Shown here piece after piece: positions 1-10,100 of a DNA stretch of 64,000 bases. The DNA is from Tubulanus polymorphus (Eukaryota; Animalia; Nemertea): NCBI RefSeq assembly GCF_964204645.1, contig NC_134033.1:8626655-8690654 (forward strand), read 5' to 3'. Within the stretch, counting starts at the first letter, position 1. Every line of letters begins with the position of its first letter. Below the pieces are notes generated by a model. The model had not been told where the DNA came from. It worked only from the letters and a program-made list of their open reading frames with translations, and made no database searches. The position numbers and the translations under genes are program-made.

Positions 1-94
1 TTGATATCTAAGCATATTTTGTTACAACAATGAATTAGAAAGTTGTAGCTTATAACGTGTTCTATGATTGTGGTGAGTTTCGAGGTCATTGGTT

Positions 95-503
95 AGTAAT
101 AGGGGTTTAGTTGTTCTAGGCCAAAGGTCGAACGGTCGAGTTCATTAAAAAACAAATATTAAAAGTAATTTAAAACTGTAATATATTTTCATAACCGTGT
201 GTATTTTATATTATAACTTAATATTTATTCTAAGATATTAATAATTTAAATTTGAAAAGCATATTGTATTAAATCAATTGGTCGCTCCGCTTCACTAAAG
301 CTCCGCTCCGCGACCAATGGATTTATTTACAATACACAAATTCATATAATCAAATATATTCAAATAATGATAATTATTCTATTATTTAACTGAAATACAC
401 ACGGCTATGAAAATATATTATAGTTTTAAATTGCTTTTAATATTTGTTTTTAATGAACTCGACCATTCAACCTTTAACCTAGAACAACTCAACCCCTATT
501 ACT
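95..503. repeat. 409-bp fold-back palindrome forming the left end of the element
   Basis: AGTAATAGGGGTTTAGTTGTTCTAGG... pairs with ...AGAACAACTCAACCCCTATTACT. The GC-rich centre is TTGGTCGC-TCCGCTTCACTAAAGCTCCGCTCC-GCGACCAA (~278-317). Confidence 0.9.
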
Positions 504-630
504 CTTAAAATATTTATATGCATGAATAAAATATATATGAATAACATATAAATTGATAGATTATTCAATATAAAAGTAACGAGTAATTAACGAGCTCTTA
601 TAGAATAGATATATTTTCAACATATTTCAA

Positions 631-920
631 TATTTATATTTGTATGAGTTAGATTTTTAAACATTAAAAGTGTTAGTAAAGTGCGAGTGAAATAATTCAT
701 ATTTAAAACAGTTAATATTTATATTTATATGTGTTAAATTCTTGATTTTTAAACATAAAAAGTGTGAGTAAAGTGTGAGTGAAATAATTCATATTTAAAA
801 CAGTTAATATTTATATTTGTATGTGTTAAATTCTTATTTTTGAACATAAAAAGTGTGAGTAAAGTGTGAGTGAAATAATTTATATTTAAAACAGTGAATA
901 TTTATATTTGAATGAGTTTT
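631..920. repeat. Subterminal tandem repeat, ~3 copies of ~90 bp
   Basis: The unit TATTTATATTTGTATG...AAAAGTGTGAGTAAAGTGTGAGTGAAATAATTCATATTTAAAACAG(T/G)AA occurs three times. Confidence 0.9.
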
Positions 921-1515
921 AATAAAAATTTTGTTATAAAAATGAAGAAAGAAGAAGAACCCAACTTTAAAATCGAAATCAATGAAACCAATAAATCATT
1001 TTCACAGTTTAACATTAAAAATTACATTTCAGCAACAAATTTAGTGTCCGCAAGACATTATAAAATCGATAACATAACTATGATTAATCAAATATTATCA
1101 AATGTTCAATACAGTTTTTAATTTTAAAGGAATTTTAGATGAAAACATAATAAATATTCTTAAAACTCCTTTTAATAAAAGAGATAGTGATTTGATACTT
1201 TCAAAAGATTATAATGATTTGATTAACTTAAGAATTGAAAAAAGACAATTATATTATTTCAATTTTGATAATAAACAAATTATCTATTATGAAAATTCAT
1301 CAAATATTGGTATTCAATGTGAATTAGATAATGAAAAATCATTTAAAGATATTGCAGTTCAATGTAATTTAGATGATGAATTGAGAAAATTCAATCCTAT
1401 TGAAAAAGTGTATTGTTATTGCGGTGGTAAATATTTAAGATCACATAAATCAAAACATTATCAAACAGTTAAACATATCAATTATGAAAAGAATAATAAA
1501 TATATATTGAAATAA
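912..1515 (+). CDS. Element-encoded protein(s): overlapping ORFs 912-1121 and 1102-1515 (possibly one frameshifted gene) with a C-terminal CxC...H...H zinc-finger-like motif
   Basis: C-terminus KVYCYCGGKYLRSHKSKHYQTVKH. A homologue at 6587-6796 shares NEKSFKD.IQCNLD...CNCGKYYTRSNKSHHLKSKYH. The N-terminal FNKNFVIKM resembles FNKKYVIKV near 27800 (-). Confidence 0.6.
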
Positions 1516-1684
1516 GAGTAAACTGTATGTTTCAAATATAAAGTAGTTAAAGCATCGAGAAATTAGTTTAATGAATAACTGTTAGGTAGTAAGTTTAATT
1601 GTTATTTGATTTGAAACATATAAAAGTTAAATATTTCTAAAAATATTAAATATTTATCAATTTAATAATTTTTTTTTTAAATAA

Positions 1685-1903
1685 ATGGATGGTTTCATTC
1701 CAACTGGGAAAAGTGATTTGAAACATTATTTAGTTGCTGGAGGTTTAATATTGGCAGCATTATATTTTTACGATGAGAATATTTCAAAAGATTTGCTGAA
1801 TGAAAATAATAAATTGAGTAAAAAATTAAAGAAGTTAAATGGAAACAATCACAGAAATAAAAAATATAAAAAAGTTAATTTAGAAAATGATTTAGAGGAT
1901 TAA
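1685..1903 (+). CDS. Element-encoded 72-aa protein with one predicted TM helix and a basic tail
   Basis: MDGFIPTGKSDLKHYLVAGGLILAALYFY. Homologues start at 6908 and 26039, all with AATAAATG start context. Confidence 0.6.
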   Translation: MDGFIPTGKSDLKHYLVAGGLILAALYFYDENISKDLLNENNKLSKKLKKLNGNNHRNKKYKKVNLENDLED

Positions 1904-1941
1904 AACAGCATATTTTAATTTCATATATTTTGACTATAAAA

Positions 1942-2246
1942 ATGAGTGAAAATATATTAAACTTATTACATCTAATATATAAAAATCAACAGAATATTAA
2001 ATCAATTATTATGCTTACAGGTTTATTTTCTTTTTCAATTTATAGTATATAAAACAGTTGTTAGAATTCTATGATAGCTGTAAAATTAGATATACAGAAT
2101 TGAAAGATAACGTAAATTATATTTCAGATAGATTGAATATTATTAAATGCTGTGAAATATGTAATAAAAGATATAAAAATAAAAAGAGTTTGAGAAATCA
2201 TAAATATATTCATGAACTTGATGAAAAATTACATAATTCAAATTGA
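1942..2246 (+). pseudogene. Element-encoded hydrophobic-N-terminus plus C2H2 zinc-finger gene, disrupted
   Basis: MSENILNLLHLIYKNQQNIKSIIMLTGLFSFSIYSI* then, in another frame, CEICNKRYKNKKSLRNHKYIH. The N-terminus is homologous to ORF 26271-26459. Confidence 0.55.
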
Positions 2247-3290
2247 GAATAAGACTGTTAAATTGGTTGAAAATATAATATATGACCAATTGATTTAATA
2301 TAATATGCTTTTAAAATTTAAATTATTAATATCTTAGAATAAATATTTAGTTATAATATAAAATACACACGGTTATGAAAATATATTATAGTTTTAAATT
2401 ACTTTTAATATTTGTTTTTTAATGAACTCGACCGTTCGACCTTTGGCCTAGAACAACTAAACCCCTATTATTTTGGTTTTTGTATATTGCCACCAGGGGC
2501 CTTGAATAATACAATATCTTAGTATTTCTATATTATATTTGTACCAATGCATATTTTGTTAGCACAATCAATTGCAAAGTTGTGGCTCATGACATCGTCT
2601 ATGATTGTGGTGAGTTTCAAGGACATTAGTTATTCTATATGGCCACTAGGGGGCGTTGAATAATAGAATAACTTAGTATTTCCTTATTATATTGGTAGCT
2701 AAGCATATTTTGTTACCATGACCAATTGCAAAGTTTTAGCTCATGACATGTTCAATGATTGTGGTGAGTTTCAAGGACATTGGGTTTTGAATATGGTCAC
2801 CAGGGGGCGTTGAATAGTAGAATAACTTAGTATTTCCATATTAAATTGGTGACGAGGCATATTTTGTTATCACAATAAATTACAAAAATCGTAGCTGCTG
2901 ACATGTTCTATGATTGTGGTTAGTTTCAAGGTCATTGGTTTGTATATGGTCACCAGGGGGCATTGAATATTGAAATTGTTAGATTGTTGAGCATTTGAAT
3001 CCACTTCCCAAGTGGGCATGGTGTCCCTGGACCCCTAGTTATATTAACCGCTTGTAACCGTCACCGTAACCATTCACGCCGACCCTACACAGATCGTAGA
3101 TAGCTTCGTCATTCCAGCAGCATCCCGATTCAGGTTCTTACTCTTATTTCGGACTTCCGCATCGCGTATACTTCCGCCATCTAACCGAATAATCCGATGT
3201 ACTTATCATTTCTATTTATGCCTGCCGCTTCCATTTCTATTACAATACGTCTTCTCATGAGTATTTAATGCAATATAACATTTCGACGTT

Positions 3291-3487
3291 CAAATAGGGC
3301 TCATTATATAATCACAGGAAGACATTCTACATCTGTATCAATAATGTTTTGCCAAATAGCTTTTATGTGTACACATAGACCTGTGACGTTTTGCACATCG
3401 ATTTACGATTGTCGTTTGTAAAATGACGCTGCCTGGTTAACATTGTTTAGGTGTCATAATGGAAACGTTTTATAAGGCGTCAAAAAA
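3291..3487. repeat. Dispersed repeat with an inverted copy at ~63805-64000
   Basis: TCATTATATAATCACAGGAAG...CATAGACCTGTGACGTTTTGCACATCGATTTACG...TTTTATAAGGCGTCAAAAAA matches the reverse complement of the window end. Confidence 0.85.
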
Positions 3488-3800
3488 TTACCAATCGTGA
3501 AATACACAGCAATAAGTTCGTGTTTTTTCTTTGCTGTCCCCAAATGGTTAACTATTTCATATCCATCCTGATAAAACATCAAGCGTATAGCAGATGGATT
3601 TTCTTTGCAAAATTGACTATCTTTGAAAAAATGGCCATCATGTATATCTTGGTTTAGTTGATGTGGGGGAATAACTGGATTTCTATTTTGATGTATTACA
3701 CTCTTATCATGATAACGTAAGTTGAAGAGTATTTCCTGAATAGGACTGTAGTAAGCTGAGACACTTTATCCGACACTTCTATCATATCCAACGTGTAACC
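3484..3800 (-). pseudogene. EnSpm/CACTA-like (animal-type) transposase fragment
   Basis: Manual translation gives QDIHDGHFFKDSQFCKENPSAIRLMFYQDGYEIVNHLGTAKKKHELIAVYFTIGNF, which fits the D..DG..F...L.LY.D.FE..NPLG..K.KHK..AVYF..GN block of that family. Confidence 0.7.
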
Positions 3801-4504
3801 TTATAGGGGCAAAATAGTCATATTCACTTTAATAATACATTTTTCCCTACAAAATCTTGTCCTGAATGGACCCTGATCTTTATCCATTACTTTCAGAAAT
3901 ATATTTGAATTTTTCACTTCAATGATAACTGAATTAACAGATTCTGTTTCTACGTTAAATGTTTCCTGTAATTTGATTTCTAAAACAATTTTCAAAATTT
4001 CCAGTCTACGTGATACAGAAACCTCAATTCAGTAACAATGAATTGGATTGTTGATTTAGGGACTAATAATTTTGCTTGGAGTTTCAGATAAAATAAGAAT
4101 AATTTTTATATATCATATTGTTATTATTATTGAAACAGTAATATATCTAAATCTGTGAGATAAATAATAGTATATTATCATTATTATTGACACAATAATA
4201 TATACTAAATCTGTGAGATAATTAGATGATATATAATTCAAATCGAAGATCAAAGCATCTTCACAATTTAATGTGCAAAAAGTATGCATATTATTCTATT
4301 TTATCTGAAGAATATACATATGAATTTATAATTCTTTACGTGGTACTAGAATGATACTAGAGTGATACTAGCTAGGTCTTTATTGATTTTCTAATTGAAT
4401 CCTATTCAATCCTTAGCAAACAATAGAGTGAATAGAAATCGAAATGATTCAATTAGAAATTAAATAGTTTTAACTGCTAGTATTTTCTAATTCATTTTAT
4501 ATTT

Positions 4505-5074
4505 ATTAGGGTTTTCTGACTTTCGTCGAAAACCCTCTTGAAATTCTGTATTATTATTATTATATATTTTCCGCCGATTTCGTCAAATAAAATTCATCTT
4601 CATTCAGATTCGGCAACTGACAGCTTCGAAACGAAATGTATAAATTGATACTGTAATAACGGTCTCTCTGAACCAACAGATTGTCTGAATGTACTTTCCA
4701 TCCTATTTGAAACTTAAAATTACTAATTAGGTTACTGTAAAAAAAGAATTGAATTGAATTGTTAGACAACAAGCACCGGCGAAATAACAGTTTGTGACGT
4801 CATTTAGTAAGTAAATAAAGGAGGGCTCCGAGAATTTCCAAATCACGGGGGACTATACTGGGGTTAGACCATTCAACCAAAAAGAGGATTGCTCCGATAA
4901 TATCCAAATCACGGGGGACTATACTGGGGTTAGACCATTCAACCAAAAAGAGGATTGCTCCGATAATATCCAAATCATCTCATTTTATTTTTTTCATCGA
5001 ATACCCGGTAATTAATTTTTCCTTTCGATCACATGCATCCAGAAAACCCGTTATCGCTGCTTTGCAGCTATATT
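4505..5074 (-). mobile_element. Short Helentron-type non-autonomous element
   Basis: One end is the hairpin ATTAGGGTTTTC...GAAAACCCT, the other is AACCCGTTATCGCTGCTTTGCAGCTATATT. The same end pair flanks 35401-39394 and 52937-57023. It contains a ~66-bp tandem duplication at ~4838-4978. Confidence 0.65.
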
Positions 5075-6586
5075 TCTTATTGAATTTATTTTATTCTTAT
5101 TAAACAATCGAGTGAGTAGAATTCAATTAGAAAATCAATAAAAAATGGAGATACAGTTATCGAATGAAAAAGATAAAATCTTATTCAATACAATACATTT
5201 CATGAAATAGGTAAATATTTAATAATTAAAGATGAAATACAATCACTTTTTAATAATAAAAAATCAGATAAATCATCATTTATACACGTACTGATCCGCA
5301 GCAAGATTTCGTAGTAGCTAAAAAATGTTTGTAATGTTGATTTCCTGTATGCGTTCGTGGTTATTAATGGTTGTCAGACAACAAACGTAGTATGATGTAG
5401 TAAGCAGGTTGTTGTTTGATGCTTTGATCTATCAGCGCTGACCATAAATCAGCCTGGTGTAAGAATAATTCTTTCTCGGTTCTTCTGCTGCGATATCTGG
5501 CAAACATTCAGAAATCTTTTTATAAACTTAAGAATAGACGGAACCGTATTTGGTTTGGTCGGAACAATGGGTGCATTAATAATGTGGCTGGTAAAAGGAT
5601 CACGCTGTTACTTCATAATACTCCCGAGTACTTTCTATAAAAAGAAAAAAACGGAAGTATGGGGAGACATTGTGGTTTTGCTTTATCCCGTATTGTAATA
5701 AAATTAGTTTAACAGTTATAGAATGATTTTAAGAATAATAATTGATCACGATGTATTTCCGAATCAAAAGTAATCATGATAAGTTAAAAAGAAACGATGA
5801 GTTTGTACCGTAATTTGAGACGAATACTTAAGTTTCGAAACTATTTAATTTGAGTATTCTGGATGTTAATTAAGAACAAAGTCTCTATAATCGCTAAATT
5901 TTTAGGAAAATTAATTTGTGTTAAATGATAATACTAGCTCTCTAAAGTTTCTCTTGTTGTTTACGTCTGTTGGTAATTCGCAGAAAATGGCTGTTCTCTC
6001 AACGATGATAAGCAAGGAGTGAGTAAATCATTCTGCGTCATGACAAGAGGGTTGGAAGGAAAAAGTTAGTTTAGCAAATCAGTTTGCCAAATAATTTTGG
6101 ATCAGCGCATCTACATTCTACATGACCAAAACAGTCATGGCAGTTAGGTTGCTGCTCCTTGCCAAAAGTCGAGTGGGAGAGTCGGTATTTTAAGAATGCC
6201 GATTCTTTCTATAAAACGGACCCGCAGTCTTGGGAGAGCAGTCACTCGATAGACACTGGACAGAGATCGATTGGGAGGATTATATTCAAGATCTTGTTTA
6301 GAGAGTTTGGTTCGGGAACACGGTTACCAACAGGAATGTAGGCTAGGAATCATCTTAAGAGCTAGGATCTGGATTCTGTTCTAACTAGTAGTTATCAAGG
6401 TAAATAAACTTGTTTTATTATCATTATATTCATTCAAAATTTCCGGTATTCTAGTTTTTCTTGGGTTTGTGCACGGACACGTTCTCTCGCCAGGGACCGA
6501 TTATCGCTTTTATTAATATACGACTAAGGAGAGGATTGTGACCGGTCATCAGTACGTTATTGCCCCTCCATAGAGTACTATGAGTT

Positions 6587-7035
6587 ATGTTTTTCAGAGT
6601 AGAAGAAAAAAGATTTTTCCCAGACATTCCAAATGAAAAATCATTTAAAGATGTGAGAATTCAATGTAATTTAGACAATAAAATTGATACACCTAAAAAG
6701 AAATATAATCCTAATGAAAACGTTTTATGTAATTGTGGAAAATATTATACTCGAAGCAATAAATCACACCATCTTAAATCAAAATATCATACATAACTCA
6801 AGTAATCCAACTTTAAAATAAATTTCATCTCAAATTTATAAAACTAAAATATTCAAAATAAGTTATTTCAAATTACTTATTAATCTTTTAATTTTTGTCT
6901 TAAATAAATGAATGATTTCGTCCCAACCGGAAGTAGTGACTTAAAGCATTATTTAGTCGCAGGAGGATTAATATTAGCTCCATCATACTTTACTAGAAAA
7001 TATTTAAAAGAGATCTGATTAAATAGAGATATAAC
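6587..7035 (+). mobile_element. Internal fragment of the Polinton-like family (zinc-finger gene 3' part plus TM-gene 5' part)
   Basis: Protein-level and DNA-level similarity to ~1330-1810, with the same gene order. No termini. Confidence 0.75.
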
Positions 7036-7194
7036 TTTTTTTGACCCCGTCGGGTAGATAGCCCTGACTCGTTGCATCACACAAATGGCATTGATGCATG
7101 TGGTATTTCATTCGTCTTGCAGTTGGGTAAAAGACAACGAGATCCTTCGTCGGCGGTCAGCAATAGATGTCAGCAGTTCAAGTTCATGGTTTTG

Positions 7195-10100
7195 CTAGAA
7201 GTTCTCTTGTATGAAGGTGAAGCCGTAAGCGCGGCAATGCTGTTTGACGCGGTGTGAAATCGATGGTTTGGCGCACATGAAAACCTTCACCGCGCCCTTG
7301 TTCTCCTGGCTGATTTTCCTAAATAGCTGAATATCAAGAAAGAAAACATAATATATATAGAAACAATTTAAAGAAAATGGTTTAAAAGGAAACATAAAGT
7401 AAGTTCATTCATCCTCATTTTACTGAATTGCTGTGGTCATTCAGAATAAAAGGCTCCCTTATAAATATCAAAATGGCAAATATAAAATCGCGTGTTAGTT
7501 GTGTTTTCAGTTCTAACCCCACTCGACGAATTGAAAATTATGTCTTTAAACCTGTCAGCCAAAACTAATGTGAATGCAATACATAATCTGCCAACGGCCT
7601 TTCCATTTAACGCTTTTGCAAAAAATTGCCTCTCAATCGTATCTAATCTCGTTAAATGTCAATCACTACCAACCATAGATGAATACATGATAATCAGAAC
7701 AGGATTTTAAGCATGTGGTTGTAACCCTATTACGGTGTCGGTTTCGCTCGGTGCGCAATAACAGCAACGTTGCGACCGCGATGCTGTGCATCCGCTATAA
7801 GTACATGGTGAGTTATCTATTTAGAGAAAACCTTTGTCATTAGACTGTTATGTTTACTCTGGGCTTATTGGAGGCAGATAGGCTTTAACAAATTAATCAT
7901 GATTCGATTGGATCTTCGTAGTCATTGAGACGGTGAGCCTGAAACTAGTTATAATTCTATTGGATCTTCTTAGTCTAGTGACTAATCAATTCTTTTCTGA
8001 TCAAGACGGCACTAGACTGCTTACCTCGTCCCAGTGTGGTCGACCCGGTTGGATTCTCGTATTCAATCTTTTGATAACATCACTCTCACTTTTCTCTTGC
8101 AACACGTCAAGTGCCATCTGTAAGCCGATAGCCTTCATGGAATTGGCATCCATCGATTTCGTCATGAAGAGTTGAATCTCCAGAAACCGATCGCCTCTAT
8201 CTATTCCATAGGGGAGAAATGAATTCAGACAACATGAAAATACACTCAACTAGACTGCATGGAACGTCATGAACCGAGGATGTTCTTTGATTAGAATCAG
8301 AAATAAAATTCCTACTAACATTTTGTTCATGAAATTATTACACGATGTGGGTTCTTTATCATAGATATGTCCTTTCAACTCTTCCGTGTCCTTCTACGGT
8401 TATATAATAAAGAACAATGGCCCTGTGGATCACCATCAAATCGATGAGTGCATATTGTAAAAACTATTATTCAACTTAAAATAGATTACTTTGGATTGGA
8501 ATCGAAAGCCCTGTTACCGATTACTGTAATCATACGCCTAATTGATAACCAGTGATGGTCAGCATCCGCCAATTAACGAGACATTCAATGAAGACACTAT
8601 CTGATGACCTTCTGAATATGGCGAGTGAGTCTATCCTTAAATCTCGGATTCGAAGGGTACTTCTAAAGTAAGACACGAGGGAATTACGAAATATGAAACG
8701 AAATATGATACGAAATGACGAGATGCTTAAGTACAAAACGAATTACGTAACGCAATGCTAAAATACAAAACGATTGGCCATTCTTTCGCGGGTCTTGCTA
8801 AAGCGGGAAATGAAATACGAAACCAAATTGTTTTTTGCTACAGCAGCGGACTGGTGGCGCTGGCTTAAACATACGCACCCGGTCTATTAGTGTGGCAGGG
8901 TTCCGCGCCGTGGCCGAGATAAGCGATATCATCAGGTTCGAATCCCTGCCGTGGGAGAGAGATCTGTACATGCTTGTATATAACTTGAAATAAGCGAATA
9001 ATTAATTACTGGTTAGAGATCGAAGTGTTCTATAAAAAATATCCTGCAGTGTTTAGGCTAAAAATGATACCTCGTTACTCCGCTCTACTGAGCTTAATTG
9101 GCCCGTCGGCCACCTATCTGGTCTGTACATTACTTTTTTAAACCATGACCAGGCATACATCAGTTTCCTGGAAACTCAATTACTTGAATTTACGCTGATC
9201 AGGTGACCTTCTAGTTCCTCAAAGCGAATCATGTTGTTTGATCCACGATGAAGGCAATGAAAACAACGACCAACCATACGTTTTCCTTTATATAATTATC
9301 ATATGAACTTTGGGACCGTCTCAAAATATCAATAGGCTAAAAACCTTCCAGTTTAAAAACATAAATTCTTGAATACTTACCGTACTGCCTATCTTTTGGC
9401 AGTCCCGTGGCGTTATACCGAGCTTTGACTAAAGTATGGTCGTGTTTGAAATATGACCATTTCGTTTCGTACTTTAGCACTAATCGCAAAAAATAACATT
9501 TCGTTTCGAATTTCGCTTCGTATTTCGTAATTTCGCCGTTTATTATACTTAGGGGACCCGATTCGAAGAAAATACTTGACAATTTACCTTCGTTGGCGAA
9601 ATGTCGAGCATTGATATCAGCCTGATCGAGTTCTAGCTGCGTCAAAATCGAAATAAACCACTCAAAACAGTGCTGGTCACGATTTATCCAAATGAAATCC
9701 ACCTGTAATGACGATATTCATGGCTTTTAGTTTCCATTCGCGGATACATTTTTGCACGCCAATAATGGATCGATACTGAAAGATGGGATGGCGTGCGTTT
9801 CCCTTGTTACAGTGCTGTAGACGACTCCCAGCTGGTTTTCTTTATCTAAAACTTACGAGATATGCTACACGGAACACATTAAATGAGAGGTAGATGATGT
9901 ATGTTACATTATATATAATTCATGTTTATTTAGATAACGAATAATAATATAAGGGGTCTTGATTTCCTATCTTCAACCAATTTCCTGCAATCTTTACCAC
10001 AACTACAGTAATCTGCTGCAGGATATTTTAAGGATCCTAGTCTGAAGTCTTTCTATCTCCAAGAAATGCAAGAAGACGTCAAGAATATATACCAATGATA

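Larger units (their letters stand above)
95..2472 (+). mobile_element. Non-autonomous Polinton/Maverick (adintovirus-like) derivative, 2378 bp
   Basis: Near-perfect ~190-bp TIRs (95-283 and 2284-2472) starting AGTAATAGGGG. Perfect 6-bp TSD TTGGTT (89-94 and 2473-2478). The empty site GTCATTGGTTTTTGTATAT is present in the paralogous host repeat near 53640. Very AT-rich, with small intronless ORFs. A 6-bp TSD with 5'-AG termini is the Polinton signature. Confidence 0.8.
1..3040 (-). mobile_element. Helentron-associated (HINE/DINE-1-like) non-autonomous element with ~153-bp internal tandem repeats, interrupted by the 95-2472 insertion
   Basis: Units with CAC(C/T)AGGGG recur at ~2491, 2644, 2799 and 2951. 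The segment is the reverse complement of the fuller copy at 53544-54769 and shares the terminus AACTAGGGGTCCAGGGACACCATGCCC. It is cut off by the window start. Confidence 0.75.

Noticed and set aside
631-920. Regularly spaced repeats that could suggest a CRISPR array (also 37705-37905 and 50354-50460)
   Set aside because: The units are contiguous tandem copies without unique spacers, there are no cas genes, and the context is eukaryotic.
4031-5290. AT-rich segment starting AGTAAC, with short tandem and inverted repeats, as a fifth Polinton-like piece
   Set aside because: I found no matching TIR, TSD or recognisable ORF; composition alone is not enough.
5606-6580. Possible solo LTR starting TGTTAC
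   Set aside because: No second LTR, CA end, TSD, PBS or retroelement coding sequence was identified.
8870-8950. tRNA gene
   Set aside because: A B-box is present but there is no canonical cloverleaf or anticodon arm, and it lies inside a repeated element; treated as SINE-like.
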